A DNA stretch of 64,000 bases from Azolla caroliniana (lineage: Eukaryota > Plantae > Polypodiophyta), in assembly GCA_043228905.1 (NCBI GenBank), contig JBHGNT010000005.1, positions 8,246,001-8,310,000 of the forward strand, read 5' to 3'. Below the pieces are notes generated by a model that saw nothing but the letters and a program-made list of their open reading frames with translations, was not told where the DNA came from and made no database searches. A program made the position numbers and the translations under genes. Shown here piece by piece: positions 38,606 to 52,900 of the stretch; the stretch's first letter is position 1; the number at the start of each line of letters is the position of its first letter.

Positions 38606-41175
38606 GTATATATAAGAATGTATCTATGGATTCTTGACCTTTGGGTCTTTGGGAGACACAGATACACACACACACATGTATGTACATACATATATACCTG
38701 TACACATCCATACCATACATAGCTATGGGATTTAGCTGTGGTGTTATTTTGTGGGTTGCTAGGTGGGCAGCCTTCTTGTGCCAAATACTGGCTTGTAACC
38801 CTGAAGTGTTGGAAGAAAGAGAGGTATGGGACCTCCTCTGTTGTGCTCCCTTGCGCCTCATGATTCCCTCTCCATCACCATAACCACTCCCTCCAATCTA
38901 TGTATGTATGTATGTTTGTTTGTTTGTGTGATGAGGTACGACGCGTATGCATCCATTCTGCTCCCCCATTCATTTGAATGAATGGAATGATTTCTCCTAT
39001 TTCTAGTTGTTTGATTTGTATTTTGTAATCTTTTCAAAGATATTGAAAACAAATCTATTCGGGATACCGCCCCTCGGCAGAGGATCGGATCGAGCCCAAA
39101 ATATATGTTTATATGTTGGTGTTGTCATCCGACCTCGATGCAGGCATTGGTAGTGTTACACAGGTCAAACTCTCCCGAAAATAATCCGGTGAGCTGAATG
39201 GAAAATTCTCCTGGATTTCATGTACTTTTGCTTATGATATGGAAGAGCCTCTCTCATTCTCCATGTGCCGTGCCTTTTCCTGAGGCCTCTGGATGTCTGA
39301 AAGGAGTCAATTTTGCCCAAATTTGTGTTCATCTCTAGTAGTACATCTTTCGCACTGCAATGCCGGCTGTTTTTGGGCTAAATCTGAAGTATCTCGGAAT
39401 GTAATGTCTGCCATATTCCCCTGTTTCTGTCAGTTAAAATGACAAGGAGATTAAATGACATGTCTGATCCGTAAAAACACGGTGTCTGGATGTGACCTCG
39501 GGGTAATTTTACCAAGATTTGAGTTTTTATGGTACATGCAAGAGTACTCAAACTTAGATCAATGAAGGCCAGTTCTCCATTTTGCGCAGACGGGTTTTCA
39601 ATGTTCGAGTAAGGCATCTTCCTTCTTTCTCTTTTGTGACGTGCAGTATATTCTCCAACATGCCATTTCATAAACTATTTCTGGATGACCTGGACACAGG
39701 TGGATGAAGAAAAATTGCTTGACATGAGAAAGCCCTTGTCAAAGAATATTTGTGTTTTGTTGGTTGTAAAAAGCAATAAGAATGATGAAATATATGGTTG
39801 TCTTGATGCTAAGGAGGATCGGGACCAAATGGTATTAATGGGCAAGGGTATAGAAAGGAGAGATCAGCCTGTTGAACATGGAAATGATGCTGACTGCCAT
39901 TACTTGATGCCATTTGCACCCTCGACATGAGCTTGACCTAGTGCAACTTGATCATAAGTAGTAAAGAAACCAGGATTCGTTGAATAATATGCAGGATGTG
40001 AGCAAACCCAAAGAGGAGGGGAGAAGAATGTTAATGCCCAAATAGCCTTCCTTGCAAAGGGAAGGCAAGCCTTATCATAATCAATCAATCATGGATGTAA
40101 TGGGTTTTAAAAATCCAAGCTTTGAATTTTAACTTCACACATGGATTCAAGTCATTGAATGTGTGCAAAGCTTCAGTCATGGGACTAATTTCTTGGGCTA
40201 CTCTCATTTATTGATGCAATTGATACTTAATGCCACCCTGTGTGTTCCAAATTAAAGTGGCGCATTGCTCCAATAATATTCTTTTTTGTGACAAATTATT
40301 GCTGCATCTGGAAGGCTTGTTGTTTAAAATCCACCACAAGTACATTGGTTTTGATTTGATTCACATTTTCCTCTGAGTTTATTGGATGCTTCTTTTGGTT
40401 CTTCACTTGCAGCCACATGTGAATGATATGGGATGCTTACTACATTGTGTTTTGACTATTTGGAAAGAGCAATAAGCCATTCAAGATGATTCACAACACG
40501 AGTATTCTGAGTTGGGAGTGTAGAATGTTAAAGATTTGTGAACATACAATACGATTTCCGTTTAGATATCTTGGTTTTCTTGAACTTAATTCATAACACT
40601 TGTACTCAAATATTGTCTATGCTGTAGTAAAAGTAGTGTTTGCCATTGGAAATCGATAAAATACAAGAGTTTACCTCAAATTGTGTTGTAATGGATTATT
40701 ATTGGTTGGATTTCTTTATGCAAGTCAAGCAATAAACAAGAGGGTACACGTCTCTTGAAATTTATGATTTCTGAAACATGAATGCACCCTTCTTCGATGT
40801 GGAAAGCACATAGCACCACATATAACCAAAGGAATGTGGGGAAGAGTGTGACAACCATAATTTCATTGCTATAAAGGAAATACACAGCCATTCAAATGAC
40901 TGAAAATGAGCTTTACTGATTGAGCTGTCTTTATATAAGGAATTACACAATGTGATGCCCAAGCAAAAGAATAGCTGGATCTCAAATTTGTACAAAATTA
41001 AAAAATAAGATTAATCTTATTGAAGAAGTTATTAGTATACACTATTAGGTATTGGCAAACATATTTAGTGGTTCAAGACCAGCCATTAAGTTCAAGTGTC
41101 TCCAAGAGACATGGGTGTGCTTACAAGCAAGAGATAGAAGCTCGGATGTGGCTTGTAGACATGATAAATGAACTC

Positions 41176-41419
41176 TTTTTCTTTTTCTTTTTTTTTCCCA
41201 AAAAAGAATATACTCCATTAGTTAAAATATACACAACTCCGATCCCTTTCTCGGGTAGGCCTTGCCTAAACTATCCTATCATTCATGAGTGATCTCACTT
41301 GTTTATCTCCTGTCACACACATCACTGGCATTCAATATTTCACATGACATCTCATTCATGCCCCTCTTTCAACTAATGGGAGGGGGGAACAACCATCTAG
41401 GTACTACATACTGCCATCG
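41176..41419 (-). mobile_element. Short 5'-truncated LINE 3' end with poly(A) tail and 11-bp TSD
   Basis: Poly(T) at the left end, body similar to 35097-35330, TSD TAAATGAACTC at 41165-41175 and 41420-41430. Confidence 0.85.
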
Positions 41420-43905
41420 TAAATGAACTCCTATTACCTAGCAAAGGAAACAAAGGAAGTGTTTAATTTTGTGAAAATTAGGGAAGATGGTTATCCTTTT
41501 GATTTAATTACTTTTTTGCAACTTGTATGCACTATCTACGTGATCACTGCTAAAGTCTAATAAGATGAAGAATGCTATGGAAGTTACCAAGAGTACCCTT
41601 GGCCAACACGTAGCCCATTTAGTTCCTTTTCCCTTAATTTAGTGCTCAAAAACCTCCTTTTTCATCAATTCTTTAAAGCACATACGTATATCAAATTAAC
41701 CATGATATCAAGTTATGGAAATTACACATCAAAAAAATCATGGGAAATATACATAGAGAATTAATCATGGGAAGTGAACATGCATTAATCCATAATGGGG
41801 AAATAAATACGGCTTCTAAATAGGAGGTAATTAACGTGCCGTAAGAGAAAAGGAAGTCTAATTTCTCCTCAATTGTTTAAGAGCTTCAACAGCCTTGATA
41901 AACAAAAGGGAGAATGTCGGTGCTGAATTCAAGGAGAAAGTAGCTTTTTGGGTTACGTTTCGGCTACGGATATATTTTGATATCATTGAAAATATGAGGA
42001 CATTGTTGATATGACCCTATAAGTGATGGGCCCTCTTGTTATTTTCCCTTCAAAAGAATGCCTCAATGCATGAGCACAATGAGATCATCGGAATGTGTGA
42101 TAATCTCAACATTTCAAGAATCTTAATCTCTGCCTCTCTCTCTCTCTCTCTCTCTCTCTCTAGTTGTGCTTGTAATGAGCTCACCATATTGATAAACTAT
42201 TAGGCCATCAATGCAATAGCATGGTTCAAACATTTTTTTTATACGCATTTTTTGCCAAACCACCATGTATTACTTCTCTTGAATGTGTACAGTGTACACC
42301 TCTCTCTCTCTCTCTCTCTCTTCCTCTCTACAATGGCGACAAGAATCTGAATTTTGATGATAGTGAGTGGGTTTTCAAGACTTTCAATCTTCGTAGGCAA
42401 CTAATTCTAAGCTTGTGCTTTAACCTAGAATCATATATTTCATGAAGACCCAAGAGGACGAAATGCATGGCATGTATCTCCGAAAATGAAGTTTGTGTTA
42501 GGAAGATATTGTGCCTCACAACATGCAATGAGTGCATGACATAGCTTAAACGATATCCAAGCAAGAAACATGCAAAAAGAAGCAAAACAAACATGATATG
42601 AGGCACATACACATTGTATGACACACACAACCTTTAAAGCCTCCATAAATGTAGTGGTACCAAATCACATGAGCTAAATCTTGCGGTCATCAATCACCCT
42701 ATGTTACCTTGGCACTACCATATAAGGACAAATGAATCAAAGGAAAATGAATTCTTGGGCATCATTATTGTTTCATCTCTCCAAACATCTCTAAAATCTG
42801 GATATATTTCAATATATATAATTAGTGATCGCCGATAACTATTTATCTGAAGTCAATTATTATGCCACAAACCTTCATTGCACTAAACGGGTTCTGAAAG
42901 AGCACACCACAAACAATGTTATGTTTCCTCCCCCCAAACATTTGATTATTTTGCTACATTGCTGTTCTCGATGTGTGTAATGCATCGATTCTCACCAAAG
43001 TACTATTATCTTATCCATCTTGTAAAGGGAACAAAATTATTACTAGGGCACGATGTTTGTATTATGTTGTAATTCTATCACCAAAGGATTGTTTTCTTAC
43101 CCATTCTTTATAATGAAGTAAACAAAATTACAAGAGTGGCACACAAAAAATGCTTGGTATTAAACATCAACATCAAACTTTATATATACATATATGTATA
43201 TATGTATACCTCATAAACAGCTTTTCCACCATTAGCTAGGCCCAAGTGACATAAAAGTATATTATATGAAGAGATAGATCCAAGATAGAATGAATGCACA
43301 CGATCTTTCGAAACTCTTTCGTGCATTATAACAAGCTAAGCTGAATACATCGATATTCCCGCAGTTTGAAGTGAACACTTTGTATCTGAAAGTGCCATTG
43401 AAAGTGCCATTGAGACAATCTGTGATGTGCATGTAAATGCAGTTATACCTGATTTCTGTGTGTTAAACTAAGTCATATACTAAACTAATAAGAAAAAAAA
43501 AACCCTAACATTCTTAGTACAAACCCATAAATACATATTAATGCCATATACCGGTAAATATTGCCGCGCATCCCAGCAAGGAAAATATTGACAAAAAAAT
43601 CTCGTAGCTCAGTTTTACCCACATGTTGGCTGATATGCACTCATTCATATATACATACATACAGAAATTTGGACTTCAAATGGAGAACTAATGGTTGGCA
43701 AATGTATACACAATCTTCTTATGATAACATTTTTTCATCATCTAGATGATAAGAAGGAATATAATATTTTTTTTTTAAGGATAAGAAAAAACTAAAACTA
43801 TAAGCATGTCACTCTAATTTCTCTTCCTATCTCTCTCTCTCTCTCTCTCTCTCTCTAAACCTGTGTCTTTCTCCCTGGAGAAATTCCTGGTTGTATAGAT
43901 GTTTG

Positions 43906-45255
43906 TTACCTGGTATTAAGGTTAACCGGATGATTTGGTGACAAAAAAGTTGGCTCCCTGGCCACAAAATTGATGTATAAATGCTGTTGCGCTTGTCGAT
44001 TTTCTTCATGTTCTGTAATGATGACAAGGTTCTGCGGCTTCTCCTCTCGGCGTTCATCCTCGTCCTCGAAGGGAGCAACCTCATTCAAATTGAGATCCCG
44101 GGGTACAAAGTGTTTGCCATGGCCGGACATTATGGAGCTCGAAAGGGAATCGGCCATGTCTGATGATGTGTGGGATGGGCCGACACCACTATTGTTGGCA
44201 TCATGGATCCTGACCATACCACCGCCAATGTCCGCCTTACATAGCCCATCCCTCGGGTACCCATCTGTATCACTGCCCATCAGGGACTTCTGTGTCACAT
44301 CCATATTGCCCTTGCTATTAGACTTATCTATGCCATCATCCATACGGCCCATGTGGGGCTTATGCAGCCCATCCATGCAGGTCTTATGTAGCCCATCCAT
44401 ATCCATACCGCTCATGTGGGTCTTATGTAGCCCATCCATATCCATACCACTCATGTGAGTCTTATGTAGCCCATCCATATCCATACCACTCATGTGAGTC
44501 TTCTTATGTAGCCCATCCATGCCATCCATGCTGGCCTTATGTGAACCATCCTTATGATCCACGTTGGCCATTTGTAGCCCATCCTCCTCACTCATATTGG
44601 AACTTTGGCAACCGCCCAAATCATCCCTGTTAGGCTTATCTACACTGATCCTGCTATCCTTATGTGGCCTGCACATATCATCACCATTGGTAGCTGCTGC
44701 TGCAGATTGGCTGAAAGTGGCAGAATCTTGAGGAATCGATACCCGGAGAGCATCGGATTTCGTGGGAGCAGATCTAGGCGGCAGATTGGAGGGCATGGCA
44801 AGGGGCTTTTCGGCGGCGGCCGATTGGAGGGACTTGTCGGCTGCCAATCCGACAGCGATGGCTTTTTTCTGGACGGACCGGGGAGACAGGTTGGGGGGGT
44901 CTTCCTGAGGAATTAGGGTTGGGAAATTGAGGGTGACCAGGGGGCCTCGGAGGCAGTATAGGGCCATGTCGTAGGCTTGGGCGGCAGCCTCGGGGGTGGA
45001 GTAGGAGCCGAGCCAGATGCGGGACCGTTTCTTGGGTTGCCGAATCTCTGACACCCATTTGCCCCAGCTGCGCATGCGGACACCGCGGAAGGGCTTGCAG
45101 GGGGAGGAGGAAGGAGCAGGGCCAGGGCCAGTCGAGGGGGCATGAGAAGAGGATTTGGAAGAAGAAGAAGAAGAAGAAGAAGAAGAAGGGATGGGGTTTG
45201 CAGGGTGGGGAGGTTCGGAGGAGGAAGAGTTGAAGACTAGGCTCTGTGAGGCCAT
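43906..45255 (-). CDS. AP2/ERF transcription factor, DREB subfamily (A-5/RAP2.1-like), with an EAR-like motif
   Basis: AP2 domain [50 protein letters not shown] with V14/E19, a following [10 protein letters not shown] motif, and C-terminal DLNLNE. The exact 3' end is uncertain. Confidence 0.92.
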   Translation of the reverse strand: MASQSLVFNSSSSEPPHPANPIPSSSSSSSSSSKSSSHAPSTGPGPAPSSSPCKPFRGVRMRSWGKWVSEIRQPKKRSRIWLGSYSTPEAAAQAYDMALYCLRGPLVTLNFPTLIPQEDPPNLSPRSVQKKAIAVGLAADKSLQSAAAEKPLAMPSNLPPRSAPTKSDALRVSIPQDSATFSQSAAAATNGDDMCRPHKDSRISVDKPNRDDLGGCQSSNMSEEDGLQMANVDHKDGSHKASMDGMDGLHKKTHMSGMDMDGLHKTHMSGMDMDGLHKTHMSGMDMDGLHKTCMDGLHKPHMGRMDDGIDKSNSKGNMDVTQKSLMGSDTDGYPRDGLCKADIGGGMVRIHDANNSGVGPSHTSSDMADSLSSSIMSGHGKHFVPRDLNLNEVAPFEDEDERREEKPQNLVIITEHEENRQAQQHLYINFVAREPTFLSPNHPVNLNTR

Positions 45256-45512
45256 ATGGGGGTTGGTTCTGGTGATGCCTGTGGCTATGAATATATGGCT
45301 ATGGCTATGGCAGTCTGTGTGTGTGTGTGTGTGTGGGTGTTATGCCTCTGCGTTGGGAAGCAGGGGAGCGAAGGAGAGGTACTCTTTCTCTGGAACAGGG
45401 GAGGTAGAGAGAGAGAGAGAGAGAGAAAAGCAGACACAGAGACACAAATAAAGAAGAGAAAGAAGAGAGAGAATGTGTGTGTGTGAGAGAGAGAGAGAGT
45501 GAGGGAGGAGGC

Positions 45513-45822
45513 GCCGACAAAAAGGAATTAAGAGGAGGGCCGACACGTCATCGCATCGAACATCCACATCACCCTCCACACCAGCCTCTCCTGCCCCTCC
45601 ACGTCAGCCCCCTCTCCGCGTCAGCCCTGCACCTCCGTCAGCTGGGATGGCCGCCCACGTCATCCCCTCTTCTTTCTCGCTTTGAACTCCCGCCACGTCA
45701 CGCTGCCTCATGGGCGTGCGTCAGCCGCCGCCCCGAGGCTCTTTTTTTTTCCATGCCACCTCAGCTGTTTTCCCTCCCGCCACGTCATCGCAACTCCTAC
45801 CCAATCGCCGCTCTCCACGTGG
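45513..45822 (-). promoter_or_regulatory. GC-rich promoter with clustered ACGT (bZIP) elements and DRE/CRT cores
   Basis: CACGTCA at ~45544, 45600, 45656, 45694 and 45781; G-box CACGTG at 45816; GCCGAC at 45513 and 45539. Confidence 0.65.
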
Positions 45823-46053
45823 ATCGCTGCTCCCCCACCCCCCAATTCCACGCCCTTTCTTTTCTTTTCTTTATATATTTAATTAATGTTCGGCTCAAAA
45901 AATCATTTTCTTTTTCCTTTTCTCTTATATATTATACATATGTATATTCGTTTTGTTTTTTTCGGTTGAAGAAATTCTCTTTGGCACTAAAATCATGCCC
46001 CGCATTTCCAACATAAATTAGATACGTGCCTTTTCTTCTCTCTCTCTTTCTCA

Positions 46054-46526
46054 TAGCAATGGGCACGGTTTCGGCTCAAACCGAACCGAACCGTTAAGCC
46101 ATGGCTTAACGGTTTATTGGTTCAAAGATAAATAAACCGTTTGGTTTGGTTTCAAATATTATGATCCGGTTTGGTTTCGGTTCGGTTCGGTTCGGTTTTG
46201 AATTTCATGGTTTAATAGTTTAGCGGCTTATCGGTTTATCGATTTCGGTTCGGTTTGGTTTTGAAATTCATGGTTTAGCGGTTTCGGCTTATGTGGTTTG
46301 GTTTAAAGATTTAAAGGCTTATAGGTTTATAGGTTTATAGGTTTGGTTTGGTTTTGATTTATGATAAACCGATTTGGTTTGGTTCTAAATTTTTCATAAA
46401 CGGTTCTTCTCTAAATGGTTCGGTTTAAATGGCTTCATAAAATTTAAATAGTTTGGTTGGTTTTTAATATAAATAAATGGTTTGGTTTGGTTTCAAGGCC
46501 AAGAAACCGAACCATGCCAATTGCTA
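46054..46526. mobile_element. Non-autonomous DNA transposon (hAT-like MITE)
   Basis: Imperfect TIRs TAGCAATGGGCACGGTT / AACCATGCCAATTGCTA. Interior packed with AACCG/CGGTT/GGTTT subterminal-type repeats. No clear TSD (microsatellite flanks). Confidence 0.75.
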
Positions 46527-49155
46527 CACACACACACACACACTCTCTCTCTCTCTCTCTCCAACATGACAATCCTACCATCGTGGAAACCTTCGGTCTT
46601 GTCATGATTCTCTTGACAAGCCCCAACCCACCCACCCACCTGCACCCCCCTTGTGTTAACCCTCACTACTATATCTTGGAATGTTGCATTCACACAACAT
46701 GCATGTGCAATAAAGCCTCTCGTGCGTTGCATCATTTGATCAACGCAACTACAACAACAATTGGGCTGTTCTACACCCTCTTTGCTATTACCTTCGATGC
46801 TTTCGTCAAGCCAAAACATAGAGCATCTTGAGATGCTAATTCCTTTAATAGGTTTCCTCGCCATAGTTTGGATTTGTCGACCAACTACTTGAATAGATGC
46901 CACTCAAATATGAAAAAGGTTCACTATGCTAAAGTCGTGGACAATGTACACGAGGATTCGCTTCTTCATTAAAGAAATATGTATAATGGTAGTTACCAGA
47001 TAGAGCCAAAGGGCCCTAGCTTCTCCATAAACGCATGGTCCACAAAATAAACCTTTGCTTATTTGGGAATTTCTAATATTAATCTAAAAACTTGCAATTG
47101 ATCCAATGATTTTCTCTCCTATTTACTTTGTTTCTGGAGACATGGCTTAGAGATATGAAAAAGCGTAAGACAATGGTTACTACCATGTCCTTACCCCTTC
47201 ATTTTTGGGCCCTCAATGAAGCTAGGAAAGTGTATCTACTTTTGTCATGGCGCGATGCACCTTCTACTGGGAGCATATTATCTTTAATCTCAAAGTATCC
47301 TATATTCTCATCCTTACCATTCTCTCTCCAATCATGACTCTCATTCCTTCCTTCAATGCATTCTTCCTACCCTCTTTTCCTTATGTCTGCATTCTTATGT
47401 GCTTAAGTGCATTAAATGGGTGTATATGCATGTCTTGTGTGTACATGGCATAGGAAAGCCATACTTAACCCATGGAGAAACAATACAAACTTTTTGAGAA
47501 AACTAAGCATCTACAATGCACATATCTTTGATTTATTTCTTCGCCTTCATTTTAAAAAATATCCTTATTTCTTTCTCATCACACTTTTTGCTTGGTCATT
47601 CCTCTTTATTTCTTCTTCAAAAAGGTAGCTTCTATACATTAAAACAACATGACAATACAAAAAACCCTTGCTGCCTCTAAAATAGTGAGGATCGTAAGTC
47701 AAGGTAAACCCGCAAAGGTGTTGTAAGGGTAAATGACATAAAGGCAACTCCGCTAAGGATAAGGTGCCCACAAAGCTTAGCTGCAAGAATTTCCAGATAA
47801 AATTTCCATTTAGCTTGTGTACTTGTTATGGTGCTCATTGGAGACCATCAAACAAGAATCCATACCGCAAATTTCATTTGCACCGTATACTCTAAACCTA
47901 AGCTTGTAAAAAACTGTTATACAACAATGAAGGTAAAGCTTTCTTTCCCTATGCAAAAACTTATTGAAAGGGCAGCCACTTATCTCAAATAATGCTCCTT
48001 AATTTTGTGATGTAACAACTCAAATGGCTTAAGCAAATGGGCCTCTGAGGTCTTTGTGCATGGCACCCTACTTAGCCACTCAATGGTGTCATTGGGGGGC
48101 CCAACTTACTCTAGACTGTCTAGTGTTTCTTTAGTGAGACTAAGCCTAGTTGATCGTACGACTAGGATAGGGTGGTTACATATGGATGGGACAATACTCA
48201 ATGATACATATGGGACACTCTCGATCCTTTTCCATCTTCCTCTCTTATTCACGAGTCTCTTTTGACATTTTATCATCTTCCTTATCATCACACGACCCAT
48301 CACAATTGTAGTCATTATGATCTTAATCCCTTCTATCATGGTAATGATCTTCGTTGCATGTCTCATCATGGCCGAAAAATCTCCCGATTTTCTTTTGAGG
48401 TATTCTTCTTCATTTTCAGACTTCTCTTGTTGTGTCCATCTTCTTTAGAATTTTTCTTGCGGTCTCCTTCATGTCTCTCTTTTTTATTGCACTCATGATG
48501 GTCTTGACCCTCATACAACCTCCTCTTTTCTTTGAATTCATATTTATTTGCCTCTTCAAGATAGTAACCATGATGAACTCCATCTCTTCTCTTGTGGTCT
48601 TGATATTCATAACATGTTTGATCACGACCACAACAACAACCATGATGATCTCGATCGTCTCTCAATATTCTCCCATTTTTCTCATCATCGCGTGATTAAT
48701 CACAATTGTAATTTTGATGGTCTAGATTCTCTTCCTCGAGATAATATGTCTTTAGGCTCAGCCCTTAATGCCATCACTCTCACAATCGTGTCGCATCCTT
48801 ACTTATCTATGTGACAGAGCACCTCAAATTGTTTTGTCATATTTATAAACGCCATTTGTCCTTCCTTGTTGTCCTAGGCCTCTATTTGCCAATGGCGATC
48901 GAGGAGTGAAAACAAAGTTGGTGTTGAGTAGTGAAAATATAGTTTGTACAAGCTATGTCTCAAACCTATGGACTTCGAGATAGATTACATAAGCTCCACC
49001 AATAGATCACAACATATATATGTAAAAACAAAACAAATTTTTATATTTATTGAAGTATTAACTCATGACCAGTGTGCCGCTTGCAATATGCTTAACAGTA
49101 ATATGCTTAACAATTTATGATTTGTATTTTAGATGATTTGATTATGTCATGTGGA

Positions 49156-49403
49156 TTCTCCACTTGTGATTTGTTGATTCTGCCATATCTTCACCCTCGT
49201 ATTTGAATAAGGGAGTTCGTGTATTCCTTAACGTTTCTCTCATGTTGTCTCGTGTGTTGGTTAAGGTCGCTTGTGGATTCCTAAGAGTTCTCCACTTGTG
49301 ATTTGTGGATTTTGCCATATCACCACCCTCATATTTCAATAAGGGAGGTTGTGCATTTCTTAACATTTCCTTTGTGTTGTCTGTGTGTTGGTTAAGGTCA
49401 CTT
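49156..49403. repeat. Tandem duplication, ~132-bp period, ~2 copies
   Basis: TTCTCCACTTGTGATTTGT..GCCATATC..AATAAGGGAG..GTGTTGGTTAAGGTC occurs at 49156 and 49288. Confidence 0.85.
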
Positions 49404-49949
49404 CTGAGTAGGATGACATTTGTCATCTAGGCCAAGGTTTCTAATTCGCCTATAACCCCGTTCAATTGGAAACGTCTCCTTCAATCTTCATTGTGAAACA
49501 ACTAAATACAAGTATCTCTTTATAAAAAAGTGAGCTTTTATTCATTTCAATCAAATTGTTGAAAACAAAGAGATCATACGTTTATTCCATGATTAGAAGC
49601 TCAATTTGTGAATGTGAATTTTCCCTCTTCCTAATTGTCAAGTACAATTATATGGGAGATATTATTTAAATGTCTAGACTCTATTCTCTTTTCTTTTCTT
49701 TTTTCCAAAATGAAGCTACTTTCCCCTTAGTTAGGAAGGATTATTACAAAGAGACTGTACAAGGAGGCTTATACATAGATAGATCGGGGAATCTCCCTCC
49801 GATCAGGTTCAAGAAAATGAGACTAGTTACATCGCCTTTCGGACTGACTACTTAATGTAAGTACCTATAGCTAAAAACGATGCCCTCCAGTGATGGCTAG
49901 TATGAGACACCTCTTGGGGTCAACAGCGAAGGGAGGGTGGTAAGTGAGC

Positions 49950-52900
49950 CAGAAACAACCAGCGTGGGGGCTGATAGTTCCACCTCGGGCCACTTCCTCC
50001 TTGTGTCACCATAGGCGTGTTCCGCCATTTCTACAAAAAGCGCAAACAGGCAGTAACCACGTCATTGGAATGGCTGCAAACCTCGTCCAATTGCCCTCGT
50101 AGGCAGCTGATAAGCGCAAACCATATGTCCATTATCACTTCCTCTGGGGGCCACACCAGATCCTGAAAGACCTTTAGGCAACGCGTTTTCCATACATACC
50201 ACAAGGTAAAGCCTGCGATCAACATCCAAATGTTCGGGAACCTAGGGGATGTAGACTGCAAGCCTCTCTCAAATCGAATCTTGGCGATTTTGCCTCATGC
50301 ATACGTAGCACCAACTATCTGCATTGAGGGCGTCTGTCCACCTATCAATGGAGTGATCAAGCCATGCCGCAACACTCCACGATGTTGTTCCTTCCACTTC
50401 ACATGCCGAAGGAGGTGAGTCACTCTATCCCATACCTTTTGAGCTTGAGGGAAATCCCACAAACAATGCCTCAGAGTCTCAATAGGTGAATGGCAAAGTG
50501 GGCAGCCTAACGGGCCGCCACATTTACCTAGCCATTCGCCAACGGGAACCACATTATGACCGATTTGCCACCAAAAAAACTTTATCTTTTTCGGCATGTG
50601 GAGACGCCAGAGACCCTTCCAAAAGGTAATGAGCACCTTGTTAGGGATGCCCAATGTACGTTAGCCATTGCCTAAGGGGCCGTCTAGCTGCAGTTGAAAA
50701 GTCCAGCCCAGTTTAGTGTTGTACTCGAAAAAATGGCGAAATTTGCCGTCATGTTTCCACCTAAAATCCCTTGGATCCCATTCTAGTTCGATGAGGGGCC
50801 GACAACCATATACCCATAACTTCCAATGGGGTTCCACCTTAGCAACATCCGGGTCTATCTTCCAAGTGTTACCAACCTGCACCACCATGCGGATAGGGTG
50901 CCAAGAGCCCCTACTCTGACTCTAACCAAAAATTGTATCTCTTCCCGATCTGCTCACGCCCTTCAGCAACTTAACCCTTCTAGCCTCATCAAAGAGACCG
51001 ACCCAGGCATCTTCTATCACCTCCCCCATCGGAACCCTATCAACTGCCTCAACTATCAATCTCCGCATTTTCATGGCTCCCTTGAGGGGAGGGAATGGGA
51101 ACTCATGGGCTCCTCCTAAAGCCACCGTGCGTCGCCAATCATCTATAGAGTAGAGCCCTGTTTGCGCCAACTTTCCCCATGCTAGGCCCTTAAGCTACCC
51201 TAACATCATGTCGTCACTTGTTCGCACTTGAGGGTTCCAAAATAATGGTTGTCTAGACCACTCGATTAGTGTCTCCGGCATGTGCTTGACCAAATGATGT
51301 TGTACGTGACACCATTCCCGCAAGATGGAGTTTGTGAGCCTCTCCTCCAGAAGACAAGCCATCTTGGGTGGGACTCCGCTCGTGCAACACCAGTTCAAGG
51401 AGTCGGGCCAAGGCCTACCATACTTGGGAGTCCTTGCCTGCAACCTATTGCGGAGTAGAACCTTCCAACACCCATTACCTGGCAGGAGGCATTGAACCAC
51501 CATTTTGGCTAGCAATGCTCAGCTCTGCATTAAGGGGTCTATGAGGCCAAGCTCTCCATTGGCCCACGGTTGTGTTAACGAATGCCATGACACTCTGGCG
51601 GTAGCCATCGGGTTGTCCTTACCTGACCATATAAACCCCCTGATGGTAGCCTTAATCGTGTGCAAACCTGAAGGGTCCATAATCCAACAGGAGACTGAGT
51701 GCCACATGGTGGCGAGCATCACTTGGTTTGCAATAAGAACCCTACTAGCGAAGGATAGTTTAGACATGCTCCATTGGTTCAACTTCTTGCTTAGTTTGTC
51801 TTGCACATGGGACAATTGTGCTCCCTTGGGGATTGCCCTCCCCATCGTAAATCCGAGGTACTTGAATGTCGTCCCATCAGGGACCCATGCAAAATCAGCA
51901 TGGGGATGCCACCTTGGCTTTTCTTGTTCGTTGAACCAGAGGCCTTGGGTTTTATCCTAATTGACCTTGGCACCAGCTGCTTGACAAGAGTCCTCAACAA
52001 GATGTTTAGTTCAATGCAAATTTGCATCATCGCCATACAAGAAAAGGATCGTATTGTCGGCATATTCAGATAACAGAAGATCTTCAGTCACATTGGGGAT
52101 GGGTAATCCCCTCAGTCCGCTACTTGGTGCTTGTAAGCAGGCAGAGAACGCCTCGGTTACAAATAGATAGAGATATGGAGATAGGGGACAACCTTGCCTC
52201 ACTGAATGCTGTAGTTGGAAGGCGCGACCCCTAGCACTAGATACCAACACGCTATTGGTAGCAGTCCGATAGAGTGCAGAAACGCAATTCCTCCATTGCT
52301 GGGGAAGGCGCATAACTCTCATCACTCTTTCCAAAAAGGGCCATAACACCCTGTCGTAGGCCTTCTCAAAGTCTAACATCAGAATAGCCGAGCTCGGTAC
52401 GATGCGATCTGCCAATGCCATAACTTCCCAGAGAAGCAACACATTATCAAAGATACACCTACCCATGATAAACCCTATCTGATTCTCATGTATGATGTCC
52501 GGTAGGAAGCTTGCTATTCGCCTAGCTAGGACTTTTGCGAGTATCTTGTATATGGTGTTAAGGATCATGATTGGACATCATTGACGCAACTCGAGGCTTC
52601 GCCCTACTACTTTAGGGATGAGATAGATCATCCCCTCAGCTAGGCCAGTTGGCATCGCTCTTGAGGTCCAAATCTCCTGAATCCCAGCTTCCAATGACGG
52701 GATAACAATTTCCCAATGAATCTCAAAAAAATCTCATGAGAGACCATTAGGGCCGGGGCATGCTCCTCTCCGCAAATCCCTAAGTGCCTCCGAGAGTTCT
52801 AATCGAGAAATGGGGCAATCGAGCACAACTTCCATCTCATGGGTTACCTTGGGTTGAATGCAAGCCAACACTCTCTCAGCCAGCTCCGTGTTTTGCTGCA

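Noticed and set aside
38550-40100. Possible miRNA/TAS/snoRNA or small-peptide locus
   Set aside because: No conserved miRNA sequence or convincing stem was recognised by eye; the short ORFs have no motifs.
47600-48900. His/Asp/Arg-rich ORFs and possible gag remnant
   Set aside because: Low-complexity trinucleotide-like sequence on both strands without diagnostic motifs; probably old TE debris.
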